DNA of 40,659 nt from positions 1 through 40,659 of the forward strand of contig MEDY01000283.1 of the NCBI GenBank assembly GCA_001724265.1, written 5' to 3'. Positions within the stretch are counted from its first letter, which is position 1. The number at the start of each line of letters is the position of its first letter. The translations under genes were made by a program, and so were the position numbers. The notes below the pieces were generated by a model. The model made no database searches and was not told where the DNA came from. It was given only the letters and a program-made list of their open reading frames with translations. Origin of the DNA: Rhizaria sp. SCN 62-66. Lineage: Eukaryota. Positions 9,981 through 22,366 of this stretch are shown piece by piece.

Positions 9981-12645
9981 TCACGCAAACCAGAAGAACT
10001 GCGCGACAAAGACGAGGGCGACGATCCCGGCCGAGAGCTGCGTCACGAAGGGCGTGCAGTTGCGGTTCACGTACCCCACGGCGCCGTGGTTCTCGGCGTA
10101 GGCGCGCTTGAGGTAGCACGGCAACGTCGGGACCCAGACGTCGTCGAGCGACTCTGCGCTGGCACTGCTCGTGGTGTTGCTGGAATTCGTGTTGGGAAGA
10201 CGTAGCATGAGTCCGGGGTCGAGCACGGGCGGCAGCCGCTGCTTCTTCTCTGGCGCCGACTCGAAGTAGTCCCTTGGCCCGGCCGCCGCGGCCGCCGCGG
10301 CGACTGCGGCGTCTTCCTCGGCCTCGTCCTCTGCGCTCGCGTCGACGCCGGCGGCATTGCGGCGCAGCGGCCAGAGGCGCGCGGGCACGAGAAAGGCGTC
10401 GACGGTGAGCGACTTGTGGTCCGAGGCGGCGTAGTCGTCGTTGCCGGTGCGCGCGGCGACGGCGGCCAACCCGCGCGCAAGCAGGTGGTCGAGCTTGCCG
10501 TGGAACCAGCCGCGGTAGTTGGTGAAGGTCTCCGTTTCGGGCGGGAACACCTCTTCGAAGCCGGGGTTAGTGAGTGCGGCCCACGGCAGGGACAGACGCA
10601 CCGGCGCCGTGTCGCTGTCCTCGGGCACGGCCGCGGCGACGGGGGTACTTACACTCAATGTAAGGGGCAGCGCGGCGACGGCCTCGGGCTCGGGCACAGT
10701 GTACACACGCGCGTCAGTCTTGCTCGCACCGCTGCTGCTGCTGTTGGAGAGCGTGAGAGGGAAACCGGTGCAGACTGTGACGGTGCGGCCGTGGCCGTAG
10801 CCGGCGTTGCGCGGGGTGCTGAGATACCGCGGTGCGGGGCCCAGCAGCTCGCCCCCCTTAGACTTGCCGTCGCCGCCCTTTGACGCGGCGGCGTCCCACT
10901 GGGCGACCGTGAGCACGCCGGTGTCGGGCAGCGCGTCGTTGCCCTTGCCGTTGTTGGTGTTGAGGGGCACCACAAGCAGCGGATCGCGCAGCCGCTCTTC
11001 GACCAAGTTGCTGATGAACTCCTCGTTGCTCGCAGCATCAGCGTCCGCATCGTCGTCCGCGTCATTGCTGTCCCTCTTGTCGCCGTCGTCATTGCTGTTG
11101 TTCATGGCGGCGACCTTGAGCGCAGCGTTGTACTGCCGCTTTCGGCGCCGTGCCTCGGCGTCGCCGGCCAGCAGCTCCTCGCCCAGTCCGCGCACGCGCC
11201 GCGCCTCGCGCGCCGCGCGCGCGTCGTCGTAGTCGTACTGCGCCCAGACGTGCGCCGCCAGCCACTCGGCCTCGGCCCAGCCCAGTGAGCGCCAGCGCTG
11301 CGCGTCGCGCGCGTACGTCGCCGAGTAGCGCGCCAGCGAGTGCGCCAGCGTGTTGAGGTCGCCCGCAAACACCTGGAAGTGCACCGGCGCCGACGACGCG
11401 CGCGGGGCAGTGCCCGGAGTAAAGCGCAGCGTGGCCACGCGCTCAGAAGTCAAGCCGCCTGCAGTTGCCGCGTCACTAGTGCTCTTGCTCTCGGTGTTGG
11501 TGCTGGTATTAGCGCTGGCGCCGGAGCCCACGGGGGTGAGGGCGGTGGCAAGCGCGGGGTTGAACATGACGCGTGCGTGCTGTAACACGTCCGCGATGAC
11601 GTCGAGGCGGTGCGTGAGCCCGCAAAAGGGCTCCGCGTGCGCCGTGTAGGCAATCAGGGACACGCGCGGGCACGCGTCCACCTCGGCCGCGCTCGGAACT
11701 GCGTCAGTTGCGTTGCTGTTGTTGTGTGCGAGCAGCGCGTCGTAGGCCTCGAGCACGGGCCCCGCGGCAAGCGCGACGGCGGGCGGAACGTACGTGTGCC
11801 TGCACTGCGCTACCACAATTTCCGCCGCGGCGAGCTCGGCCGCCGCCGCGCTGTCCTCGCTCTTCTTGCTCTGGCTCTTGGTGACGGTGAGCGTGAGGGC
11901 GCGGCAGAGCGCGGTCGAGAGCGCGGACGTGTCTGCGGCGAGGTAGCGCAGGGGCAGCTCGATGACGGCGCCGAGGGTCAGGCGGCGGCCAAGGCGGGGC
12001 TCGTTGCGGCACGCGCCGTCGCGGGGCCAGTGGTAAGGCTGAGATAAACAAAAGAAAGAAACAACAAGCGAGACGAGGCATGAGAGCTTCAGAGACGATA
12101 TAACAAGGCGTTGAACAGGCAATACAGAGAGTATACCACAGAATGAGCGATGACAAGGCGCGAACACGAACCTGGCAGCGGTGGTCGATCGAGTGCGCCT
12201 CGCGGAAGTCGAAGCGGGAGAGCACACCGTTGCCGTGCACGCCGTGGAGCTTGCGGCCGCGCGCGGAGCCCAGCTCGACAAACTCGAGCTGGAAGAGGTA
12301 GTTAAGCCCCAGGGCCTTGGCAACAGCAACGCCAATGTCGACGCCGGCGCTGCGGTCGCAGCCGGAGTCGATCTCCTGCAGACAGAGGATGTCGGGCGCG
12401 GCGGCGCGGACGGCGGCGATGATGTTGGCGGCCTGGATGCCGCGCTCGATGTTCCACGTCATGACGCGCAGAGGGCGCACGGATCCGTCGGCAGAAGGGC
12501 GCGGAAGGTACGCTTCGGCACGCTGAGCAGGAGTGCGGTAGTCAAGGTGTAAAACGTCACCGGGAGCGAGGTACCTCGCGCGCTCGGCATCATCAATATC
12601 TTGCATCGATGCTGCTATACGAAACGTGAGATTGGACAATCGCAT
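9981..12645 (-). CDS. Endonuclease/exonuclease/phosphatase (EEP) family protein, 2 exons (12645-12172, 12038-9981), ~843 aa
   Basis: Ordered EEP motifs LRVMTWNIERG, PDILCLQEID, GNGVLSRF, AGDLNT, KLDHLL and SDH. The intron joins HRCQ|PYHW. Ends TGA. Alternative start ATG at 12606. Confidence 0.9.
12039..12171 (-). other. Spliceosomal intron (133 nt)
   Basis: GTTCGT donor, pyrimidine tract, CTCAG acceptor; phase-0 removal joins two EEP-motif ORFs. Confidence 0.85.
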
Positions 12646-13640
12646 GGAGAGATATTATTAAGGATTTAGACATGTAACAACACTTAAATTACTATTTCGA
12701 TGTCGGAGCCTCATATTTACGACCGGGTATTGTGTTACAATGTTACAAAAGTTTGTCTCGTCAGCGAAGGGGCCGACAGTTTCCGAAGGGTGACTGTGAA
12801 CACACCAGTTCCTTTACTTGTGCGGATATCACACAGTTTTCAAAGAATCACTGCGTTATCAATGCATTATTTTGATATTATATATTATTTTCAATACTAT
12901 GAAGTTGTTTATTGGTGTAATCGAACAAGTTCTTGCGATATGTCGACTTGAACATGTCTGTCTACGCTCTCACAGATGCACAACAACGCGTTAAAAAGCA
13001 GTACATGTCGCGCAAATTTGTTGAAGAGAGCGTTTTCAAGCTTTAGAATACTCATCTCATTCAATTCACATAAGTTTGGCGCTTGCTAGGACAACACCAG
13101 GCGGGGTTGGCGCCCGCCTAGCTCTTGAACATTAAGTACGAATCATACGCATAACAGTCGAGACGAGATCAGGCTTTCATTGTGATAGAGTGTGTAAACA
13201 GGGGCGTCTTTAAGTAAATCTAGCAAATTCGCTTCATAACTTGAGTGATCAGCGCAAAACTCCGCAATTTTAGTCGGCTGGCGAACTTGAAGAGGCTGCT
13301 AAGTGCCGGTACTTCGTGCCGCTCAATAGTCGTGCAGCTGCATACAGCACAAAGTCGTGTAAGCATTAAGCGCAGCCGACACATTGATGAAGACACACCT
13401 AAGCATTATATTGCGCAAGCTAACACTTGAAAACAGGCAACAGCGAAGCCACAACATGAGTTGGTAAATGTAAGTACCCCCTACGGCTCCGGTTGAGCAA
13501 GCGCAAAATGCAAGCCAGAACGGCCAGTAGCACAACACTAGTTTGATGTATTCACAGGACTGAACGCCATGTTTCAAAATGCAACACAAGCAATAAGATA
13601 CCACAACTTACATCATTTATTTTCTTAATTTGATTTTTAG

Positions 13641-16600
13641 ATGGACATGCGTATACATAGTCTACGCGGACAGAACGTGATGCATTCTCCCAACAGCTCG
13701 ACAGAGGTTGCCCCACTGATGTTGTCTTCGAAGTTCCCTCGTCACCTGCCCATGTTCATGCACAACAAGGCATAGAACTTGCGCGAAAAGCTGCTCAGGC
13801 AAGCTAACGCGGTGTACAAGCACCGCTTTGAGCTTTTACAAGACCCGTACGTTCACTCCTACATGCACACTGTCTCCAACGCCAAACCACCACAACTTGT
13901 TTTTCAAGTTAACGTCGTCCTCAATTTCGGCATGTTTTAGCCGACATAATGTAAAATGGAATGAACTCAAATCCCAAACACCATACTCTGAAATTATTCA
14001 TTTTTACAATGGTAGACGTCGAATGTCACTCAACTATGTTTCTGGGATGATTACTTCAAGTGGCATGTTCGCGGAGAGTACATTTCTTGAAGTCTATCTT
14101 TATAGTTACTCTTAAAATACCAATCGTCCAAATATGCAGGCTTGTGTTAAAAGATGCTTTCTCATGTGTTGCTCAATTCATTTGCTTTCTTTTCTGTCAC
14201 ACAGCCATGCTTCAACGGACATTATGGCGCTTGTCGAGCAACATGCAACTCTGCTCACGTTCCTCGCTTCAGCACCGCTTCATGAGCCCTCGGCGGTTGC
14301 CCGCGCGCACCGCGAAATTGCCCGATTTGCGCGTGCCCATCCGACGCTGTTTGCGCGCACGGCGTTTGTCTCCGCACTCCGCACGAGCGACGTTGTCATT
14401 GTTCTCAGCGGCATAACCACTAACGAGAGCGTTCAAGCGGATGGTATCAGTTCCAGTGACGAGCTAAGCGCAGAACTGTCGCAGTACGTTGCTGAAACGA
14501 AATAGCTTCGCGATAAAGCTGTGTTTTGCGCGCTGAGGAGTGATGATGCTGTAGGGCGCATTGCGGCTCGCGTCAGTAAGCACTGGGGGGAGGGGAACAA
14601 GCAGATTCCCATGGTTCTTGGTAGCAGAAGCCAGGCTGGTGATGACTATGAAAACTCTGTTAGTTCACACACCTCCGTAGTCTTAGTCACGGAGGAGTCT
14701 GCGGCGCAGCAGCTCTCGAAACAGCCATCCACCCACTCATGTCATCAGCCACAGCATTCATTGCTGTCGTTGCAACAAAGCCTTCATCACACGCGGCTAC
14801 GTGTGTCCTCTTTGCTGATGCAGCATGCACCACAGTCACGCCTTGGCCACTCCGAGCCGCACCCCTTTATGCACTCAGAGTTGCCCAGCCCGTTCACCGA
14901 TCAGCAGCACCACTGCTTGAAGTCTCCGGTTGCTTACCTTTCTTGCGCACGCACCGTGGCCGTGTGCCCTTTACAAACACGCCTGATCTACGCTTCCAAG
15001 ACAACTGTCCTTAGCGCTTTCTATGCGTTTATTGTCAAGTCGCTCCAATCTACTTACGACAGCTCTCGCGCTCATCCGATGCTTGCACAGAACAGAGTCA
15101 CCTCTCGCGGTGCCGTGGTCTCTGGTGCAGTCTTGGGTTGCGTGCTCTTAGATTGCGAGTTGCTTCTGACTCTTCCAGGTGTTGCACTTGCTAACATTGC
15201 TGCCGTCAGCGCGGGCCGCGGTGTGCGTGTAGTGGTTGTTGCCCGCAGCGACGCAGAAGCGTCCGAGTTAGAGGCGCTGTTTACGGCCGCGGGAGCGCGC
15301 GCGCTAGCTGCTGACTGCCTTACAGCTGCGGCCGAAACTGCCGACATCGCCACACCTGTTCGCTTTGGCGCGCCTGTGCGGACTGTGGTGCCAAGAGAGT
15401 TTGTTGTCAACCGCGTAACACTGCCTCGTTGTGCCAGCACAGCGGCAGGATTGAAGGAGACATGTTCTTTTCCCACTAGCAACGGAGACGACAGGGCAAA
15501 CACTAAGCTTATGCAGAGCTCTGATTTCGCAAAGCGCTTCCAGGTTTTGTCTCACGCTGCAGCGAGTGAAAAGAACGGCTTGGCTAAGCGCCTTTCGGGC
15601 TTGCCCAGCGCAGCAAGTCTCCCGACATCGCTTGCGCCGCAGTCACCTTTAACACACGCGTCATTCGTGCTGCCAGAGTCTCAGTCACACACACCTGAAC
15701 AGCTCCACGGACTCACCGCGGTTAGGCGCGTGGTGTTACCGCCAATCCCCACAGACGCTTGCTCAAGCTGCAACGCCGTTCACTGTGATTGCGCGATCAC
15801 CAGCCTTGATAACAACGGCGAGGATGACGACGGAGCTACGCTGGTATTTACTGCTAGCGACAGCGACAACAAAGTCAGCACTCCCAGCTCTCATCGCTGT
15901 ATCTGCGCAATTGGTGGCGACTGCAGCGACTGCGCGACACGGATTACGACAGAATTTGCTCGTTCACTCAAGCGACTCAACGATCCAGCTCCGACTAACA
16001 GCGACAGCGATGGGGTGTGCGGCTGCGGCGCAAGACGCTGCGAGGGTGATTGTGAGTTGTCATTTGCCGCTTCAGGCCATCTCCCGTTGGCAATCTCAAA
16101 CAGCTTTGATGCGTGGGCACTTGCCGGTAGCCGTAGCTTTGGCGCATGTGAGACGGAGTGCGGCAGCAACAGTGGCGTGTTTGAGACGCAACGCAACGCA
16201 AGCCAGTCGTTTGACAGCGTTGCAGGGTATCATCTTCCTGCAGTTAACACTGAGGTTGAGGGCAGTGTGCGCAGCAGGCGTGCTATGACTATTGTGCACA
16301 ACGACAATAGTGATAGCGATGACGATTGCGTGCACATGAAGTGGAATAGCAAGAGCTTTGAGCTGAGCACGACAGAAGCCCCGCCGTTTACCGTTTCATC
16401 TTCAGCAAAGCCTGTGATGGCTACAGCCACGGCTGCCCCAGTAATTACAGCACCGTGCAACTGGTCGGTACGTGATGTCGTGCTTACAGTTACAGCACTC
16501 TTACCCTGGGTCCGCGCTGTCTACTTACCTCAAGCTGCCGGTGCACAACGGCACAATCCCACCTTGTCTTCTTGTTGGGGTTGGTCAAGGGATGTTGTCA

Positions 16601-17934
16601 AGACTGCGACGAACGAGCTTGCTGTCTTAGGTGCAATTGCTGAGGAGGAGCAAGTTAGTGTTGTCGACACATTTTTTGCACGCACCTACAACATTGCATC
16701 AGAGCTTCAAGGTCAACAAATGGCTCCAATTTCAACAGTGAGCGTAACCGCCGCCGCTAAAGCAGCTGCAATTGCATCCTTGAACATCACTTCGTCTCCA
16801 GTCACCGCGGTTTCCTTGACGGGCGCTCTGGCCCTAACTGCAGGCTGCTCTCTTGAGGTCGCACGCATTGCACTTGCTGGTTGCGGTGCGCATCCGCTCG
16901 CGCCGGTGTCCACTGCCCTGCTTCTCGCTGCGCTTGTTCACACACAGCAAGAGTGCGCCGCTAGTGGCAACGTCTATGGGTTAGGTTATGGCAGTTTATA
17001 CAACTCACTGCAAAGCGTGACAGCGTGGCGTGACACAAAGATCGCTCTAGAGTCGGCGCCGCAGGGAGACAACGAGAAGAGAGATGCAACCGCTGCAGCG
17101 GCAGCTAACGTGTTATCATGTATCGAAGAACGCTCAGGCATTTCATCCACAAGCTACGCTAAGATCTTGCGTACTGAGCGACATTTCGAATCTGCGCTCA
17201 ACCAGGCGCTGGGCTGCTTTGGCGTTTCAATGGCAACTACGGCCGCTGCATCGCAAGTGACGGCGGGTGCTGTGGGCAGCTGCATTGCGTACGGCTTCTT
17301 TATGAACGCAATGCGTCGCGTTACGCCACGCTGTGTCGACACTGACGCGCTCACGCTTGGACTCCGACGCGCGAGGTTTGCAGCATTCACTCCGCCGCTA
17401 AACACAGGCGCAAAGACTGGAGCACGCGCGGTCAGTGTGCTGGACTGGCGCAAGCGCGCGTACGGTGACATAAACACGTCGCCCACGTCTAACATGGCAG
17501 CGAGCTCAACTCTTACAGATGCAAGCAGTATGTAGATTCGGACACCGTCACCGATGGGCAACTGCCGTTGCCATGCACATTTCCAAGTTGAGACCGAACA
17601 CACTGCAGCGCTGGGCGACGCAGACAATTCAAAATGGGCTGTGTATACAACTGCGCGTGTGCACACAGTCAACACATATGAGTCAGACTTTGTGGACTGC
17701 ACGCTGAGCGACTGCGAGCTATGCTTCGAGGGAGAGCGCGGACTGGTGTTAGTCGACACGTTTACGCCAGTCACACTACAGGACTTGCTAATAGCTGCTT
17801 CACAAACGACATGCGCATCTTCAAAAACACATTTGGACAGCCATGTTTCTTGTGATACAAGCTCACAGACAGAGCGCCACCTTAACGCGGTGCACGAACA
17901 TTTCGTGCGCTGTGATAGTTTTATCTACATTTAA
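13641..17934 (+). CDS. Hypothetical protein (~1310 aa) with Cys-rich clusters; probable exons 13641-13846 and 14205-17934; three internal in-frame TAGs
   Basis: ORFs 14134-14505, 14521-17535 and 17554-17934 share a frame, broken only by TAG 14503-14505 and TAG 17533-17535; the gene ends in TAA. GTACGT donor 13847 and CACAG acceptor 14204 join FELLQDP|HASTDIM in frame. The upstream exon has TAG 13773-13775. The 5' end is uncertain. Confidence 0.65.
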
Positions 17935-18352
17935 GAGAGAGCGAAGACATCGCCCAAACAATAGTTTTACTATAATCAAAGATATCACCACCAACAACAT
18001 AATAGCTACATTTTTTTCTTTTTACTGGTACCGCTTGATGCGCATCACAGTTCACCAAACATCACCCAATCTACTTTTCATGTGTATATCACCCAGCAAT
18101 AACAAACCCATTTTATTTTTTGAAGCGGGAATCACATGTGTCTAAATATCACAAAATCTAAGTATCTCACTGTTAAAACAAAGTCTAAGTAAGCCAACAC
18201 TCGATGCAATTTCATGCACCCACTATTTCACCAAACAATAAAGCTCCCGTACTTACATCACTGCTTGCTGAGACAGAACATGAACGCTGCCTACACAGAC
18301 AGGCAATTCACGATGGTAGTTACTGCAGAATTGCCACGGTCACAGCGCCTGA

Positions 18353-21300
18353 TTAAGGCTTCCACCACATCCATCCCTGCGCGTCAACAGGCCAGAACCG
18401 CACACCAACGGCCATCTCGTTCAAGTCTTCACTGCGACGCCATCCACTGTTGCTGATCTTTCGCCCGTGCACACTCTCAGCACGCGTTACATCCAACGTG
18501 TTCGCGCTATTTCCGCTGCCTAAGCCCTCTGTCTCGACACGGGGGTCGGTGCGCGGACTCCATAGCAGCGGCCTGCGCTGGCCCGCGCGCGTGTCAAGCA
18601 TCGGCACCAGCGCGTCCGTGCTCCCCGCACAGCCCACGGCGCGCACCGAGGTACGCGCCTTGTTGCGCGCCCAAAGCTTCGTCTTCATCGCGTGGCCATT
18701 GCGAATTATGACATCCCCGCCGTTGCGCAAACGCGCGATGGCGAGAGCCCGCGCCTCCCAAGCGTCACCTGCGGCTGCCCTAGTTGCAGCGACAACGGCG
18801 GCGGTCTCGCGCGGTCCGGCCAGCCGCACGCGCACAACAGCGCGGTCCCTACGCGGCTGCTGCAGCGCTGTACGCGTGACGGTCAGCAGCCAACGCCGAG
18901 CAACAAATGCGCGTGCAAGAGACGGAAACTGGGGTGCGAGCACTGCATCCGGGACAGTCACAGTTCGGTCATCAAATGCATTACTCTTCCAATAGGCAGC
19001 GTGAGTAGCTGCATTGTCAGTCTCTGGCATACGCGCTTCAGCGGCGCTCAGCGGACGAATCACTAGCATAAAGTCAAGCTCTTTCGCGTTGCTTAGACTC
19101 TCACAATCGGAGTTGTCACTATTTTGCGCCTCAGCGGGGAGTGCTGAGATGTGGCAGCCGTGAACAATGCGGGCGCTGCGAAGCGAATTCGCGGTATCGG
19201 ACTGCTTTTTCTTTTTCTGTTGCCGATCCGCATCGCTTGCATTAGTACTCACATAGTCATCACATGTATCTGTACCGTGATCGTTTTCGGCTTGCGGCAG
19301 CTTCTGGCTCCACTGCAATCCATCAGCGCGCAGCAAGTGGGAGAAAAAGTGAGTTCGGAGTGCTGACACAGCCTCAGCACGCGGTTGGGTCGCGGCTGCA
19401 GCGACAACTGCAATCGCCCGCGACAGACAGCCTTCAAGAAGAGCTGTTGATACAACCGGCTTTTTCACTGATGTTGCCCCAGCTTCAACATTCGGCGGCG
19501 TCTGCGCAGCAATTGCGTGCAGCAGAGCGCGCGCAGAAATGAACACATGCCCATGCGGCGACACAACCACAGAGTGTGCAGACAGCAGAGCGCCAGTGGC
19601 GGCAGTGAACGCTGCAGCGCGCCGCGAGAGAGCAGCCACGCCCGCCGTGAGCGTCGCCGCAACAGCATCATGACTGCTCTCACGCACAGCCTCGGAAGTG
19701 GCAGCGCTGGCCGAGGCGCCGGCGTGTTGCGGAATGGTCGACGGAAAAAGCGCGAGGCGAGCGCGAACTCGATCAAACGCGAGGTTTGCGTTCGAAGGGT
19801 CTTCAACCCACTTCGACTGCACAGTGCGGGTGCCATCTGCGTCTGAAGCGCTTGCATTGCAGTCAGACTCGTCGCTGCGCAGACTGTAACTGCTAAGTGG
19901 TGATGACGTTGTCAACAACAAGCGACCGTCAGAGGCCCACTGCGCATGCACAACAACTGCACTCACATTGCCATTGTCAGTTGCAGTATCAGAGTCTGAG
20001 TTGTAGGCGACATGAACATTGGGGTCATTGCTAAGCATGCGCACAATCCGGTCTTCAAGAGTTGCGATGAGACGCTCTTTGCTAAACCCAAGGAGCGGCC
20101 GTAACACGCGCACGCGCGGCAACACACCCGCGCTCTCGCCACCACCACTATGACTGCCGGAAACACCACCGTAGCTCTCTGTAGCACTCATCGTCGCCGA
20201 GACCGCGCGCGCAAGCAGCGCCGGCTCCCGCGCTGCAGCGTACACGAACCCCCCGTCCAGCGTTCGCGGGGTTAGCGCGCGCACCCGCGTCGGCGCAATC
20301 ACGGTTGCGCCCGCGACAGCGACTGTGGCCGCGGCGGCGGGGCCTGCGAGGCCAGGCAGCGCAGAGCCACGCAGCAGACGCATCAGAGTCGTTTCAACGG
20401 CGTCCCCGCTGTGGTGGCCTAAGCACAGCGCCGGGAGAGCGCTGGTCACGCTGCGCTGCGCAACATCTCCCGCTATTATGGAAGCCGTTGTTGAATGCGC
20501 CGCCGCTGTCGCTGCGGCCGCGGCCACGTTAGCATCCGCAGCTGCGGAGTCCGCAGCAGTGCGCGCAACGCGGGCGCGCAGGATAGCGGCCCGGGCGGCG
20601 GGCGACGGCGACGCTGCACCAGCAACAACAGCAGCAGCCCCTGCGACAGAGCTATCTGACTCAGCGACCGCACTGTTGTTGCGCGGTAGCGGAGAGTACT
20701 GCGGATACAAGACCCTCGCCTCGGCCTCTGCAGCTTCGGCTGCAGCGTCAGCGGCTTGACTAGCCTCCGCGGCCGCCGCCGCAGCAGCGGCTGCAGCTCG
20801 CCACAGCGTCACAGCAGCGGCGTCAGCGGCGCGGGACTCAGCAATAGCATCGCCCGCGGCTGCGGCTGCGGTGGCGTTCGTGTCGGGCCCTGCAGCGGTG
20901 AAGTCAGCCGGGTCAACCGCGCTCTGCAGATGACTAGGTGCAGCATGTGCTTGACTGCAAGACGACTGCACGTAGCCATGAGCATCATGGTTAAGCGCTG
21001 GCTCAATGTAGACTCCCCCGTCGACGAATGCGCTCACCACACGGCCCTGTGACAGCGATTTACTATGGGCAAGCGTCTCCGCTGGCAGTATGTGGCCGCT
21101 GTTGCTGTCGCTATCCGGCAGCGGTTGCGGCTGCGGCTCCGGCAACTGCGCCGCATACAGTTGACGCGGCGCTGGCGACTAGGACGCAAAGGGCGGCGGC
21201 GGCGGTGTCACAATAAACGGCAACAACGCGCTGTCATCGTCAGTGGCACTCACGGCCCTGGGAGCCACAGCAGCGTCAGTGCTGTCAAATCTGTCATCGT

Positions 21301-22366
21301 CGTCAGACAACAAGCGATGCGACGTGGCGGCGTCTTGTTCTGCGCGCTCCAAACGCTCTGAGCGCTCTGCGCGGGCTGCCGCCACCGTCGTGTATCGGTC
21401 AGGCCGCGCCTCGCCCTCCCCTTCCAGGCCTTCACCAAACTCGTCCTCGGGCTGCTCACTCGCTGCCCCAGTCCGCTGCAGCCACTGCCACTGGCGCTGC
21501 CGCCGCCCGGTCCGGCTGTGCTGGCCGACTTGCGGCGCGCGCTCCTCCGGCGTGGCGCGCGGCGGCCGCGGCCAGTGGAGCGCACACACGTGCTGCAGCA
21601 GCAGCGCGCGGCGCCGCACGCGGGCCGCGGACTGCAGCGACTTGAGGCTCGGCCGCGGGGGCAGAGCGGGCGGCGCCGCAGACCGTGCTGTCGCTGTCTG
21701 AGAACGGGACGCTTGGTCGTCTTCTGTAGCGCTGTCCGCGTTAATGCTGCTCACGCTCTCGCCCCACTGCATCGCGAGAACGTCGGTCTGGAGGCCCGCA
21801 GAGCGCAGGAAGCCCGCGACGGCGGCCGCCTCGGCGCTAGCCTCCGCGCGCAGCCCGTGGTCGACGACGGCGGCCCTTACACTGGCTAAGGGTACGCAGC
21901 TGTGCGCCCATTCGTGGAGGAGCAGAGCCAGGGCGAGGGAGTCTGCGCCACCAGAGACTGCGGCGACGATCAGTGGTGGAATGTTGCTGTTGCTGTTGTT
22001 GCGTCCAGCGTCACTGGTGTTCGAATCGTAGGAAAACAGCGCAGTAAGAGCCTGCGCAAACTCTTGCGGAGTAATTGGGGCGGCTGCCTGCAGCGTAGCT
22101 GACGGCACTAACAGCGGCGCGGTTTCACGCTCAGCGGCAGCGGTTACAGTGTGGGCTGCACGCGTCGAGTGAGAGTACACCTGGCACGGCAGTTGGCGCA
22201 GGGAGGGAGGCGAGGACGCAAGACAGCGGAATGACGCACCCAGAGAGCTGGATAGCACTCCGCGCCTGTTAATTCTAGTGGAGGGGTCCGTCAAACTGCG
22301 TGGTGCACTCAGAGTGACGATGGAGCGCGTTGCGAGGCGACGCGCCACAGCAGAGACGCGCAGCAT
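18353..22366 (-). CDS. tilS: tRNA(Ile)-lysidine synthetase (TilS/PP-loop), probably mitochondrion-targeted, ~1337 aa, one internal in-frame TAG
   Basis: AVSGGADSLAL, VDHGLR and QSAARVRR lie before TAG 21179-21181. GHHSGDAVETTLMRLLRGS, LRPLLGFSK and WVEDPSN...FDRVRAR lie after it in the same frame. Arg/Ser-rich, acid-poor N-terminus MLRVSAVARRLATRS. Ends TAA. Confidence 0.9.
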
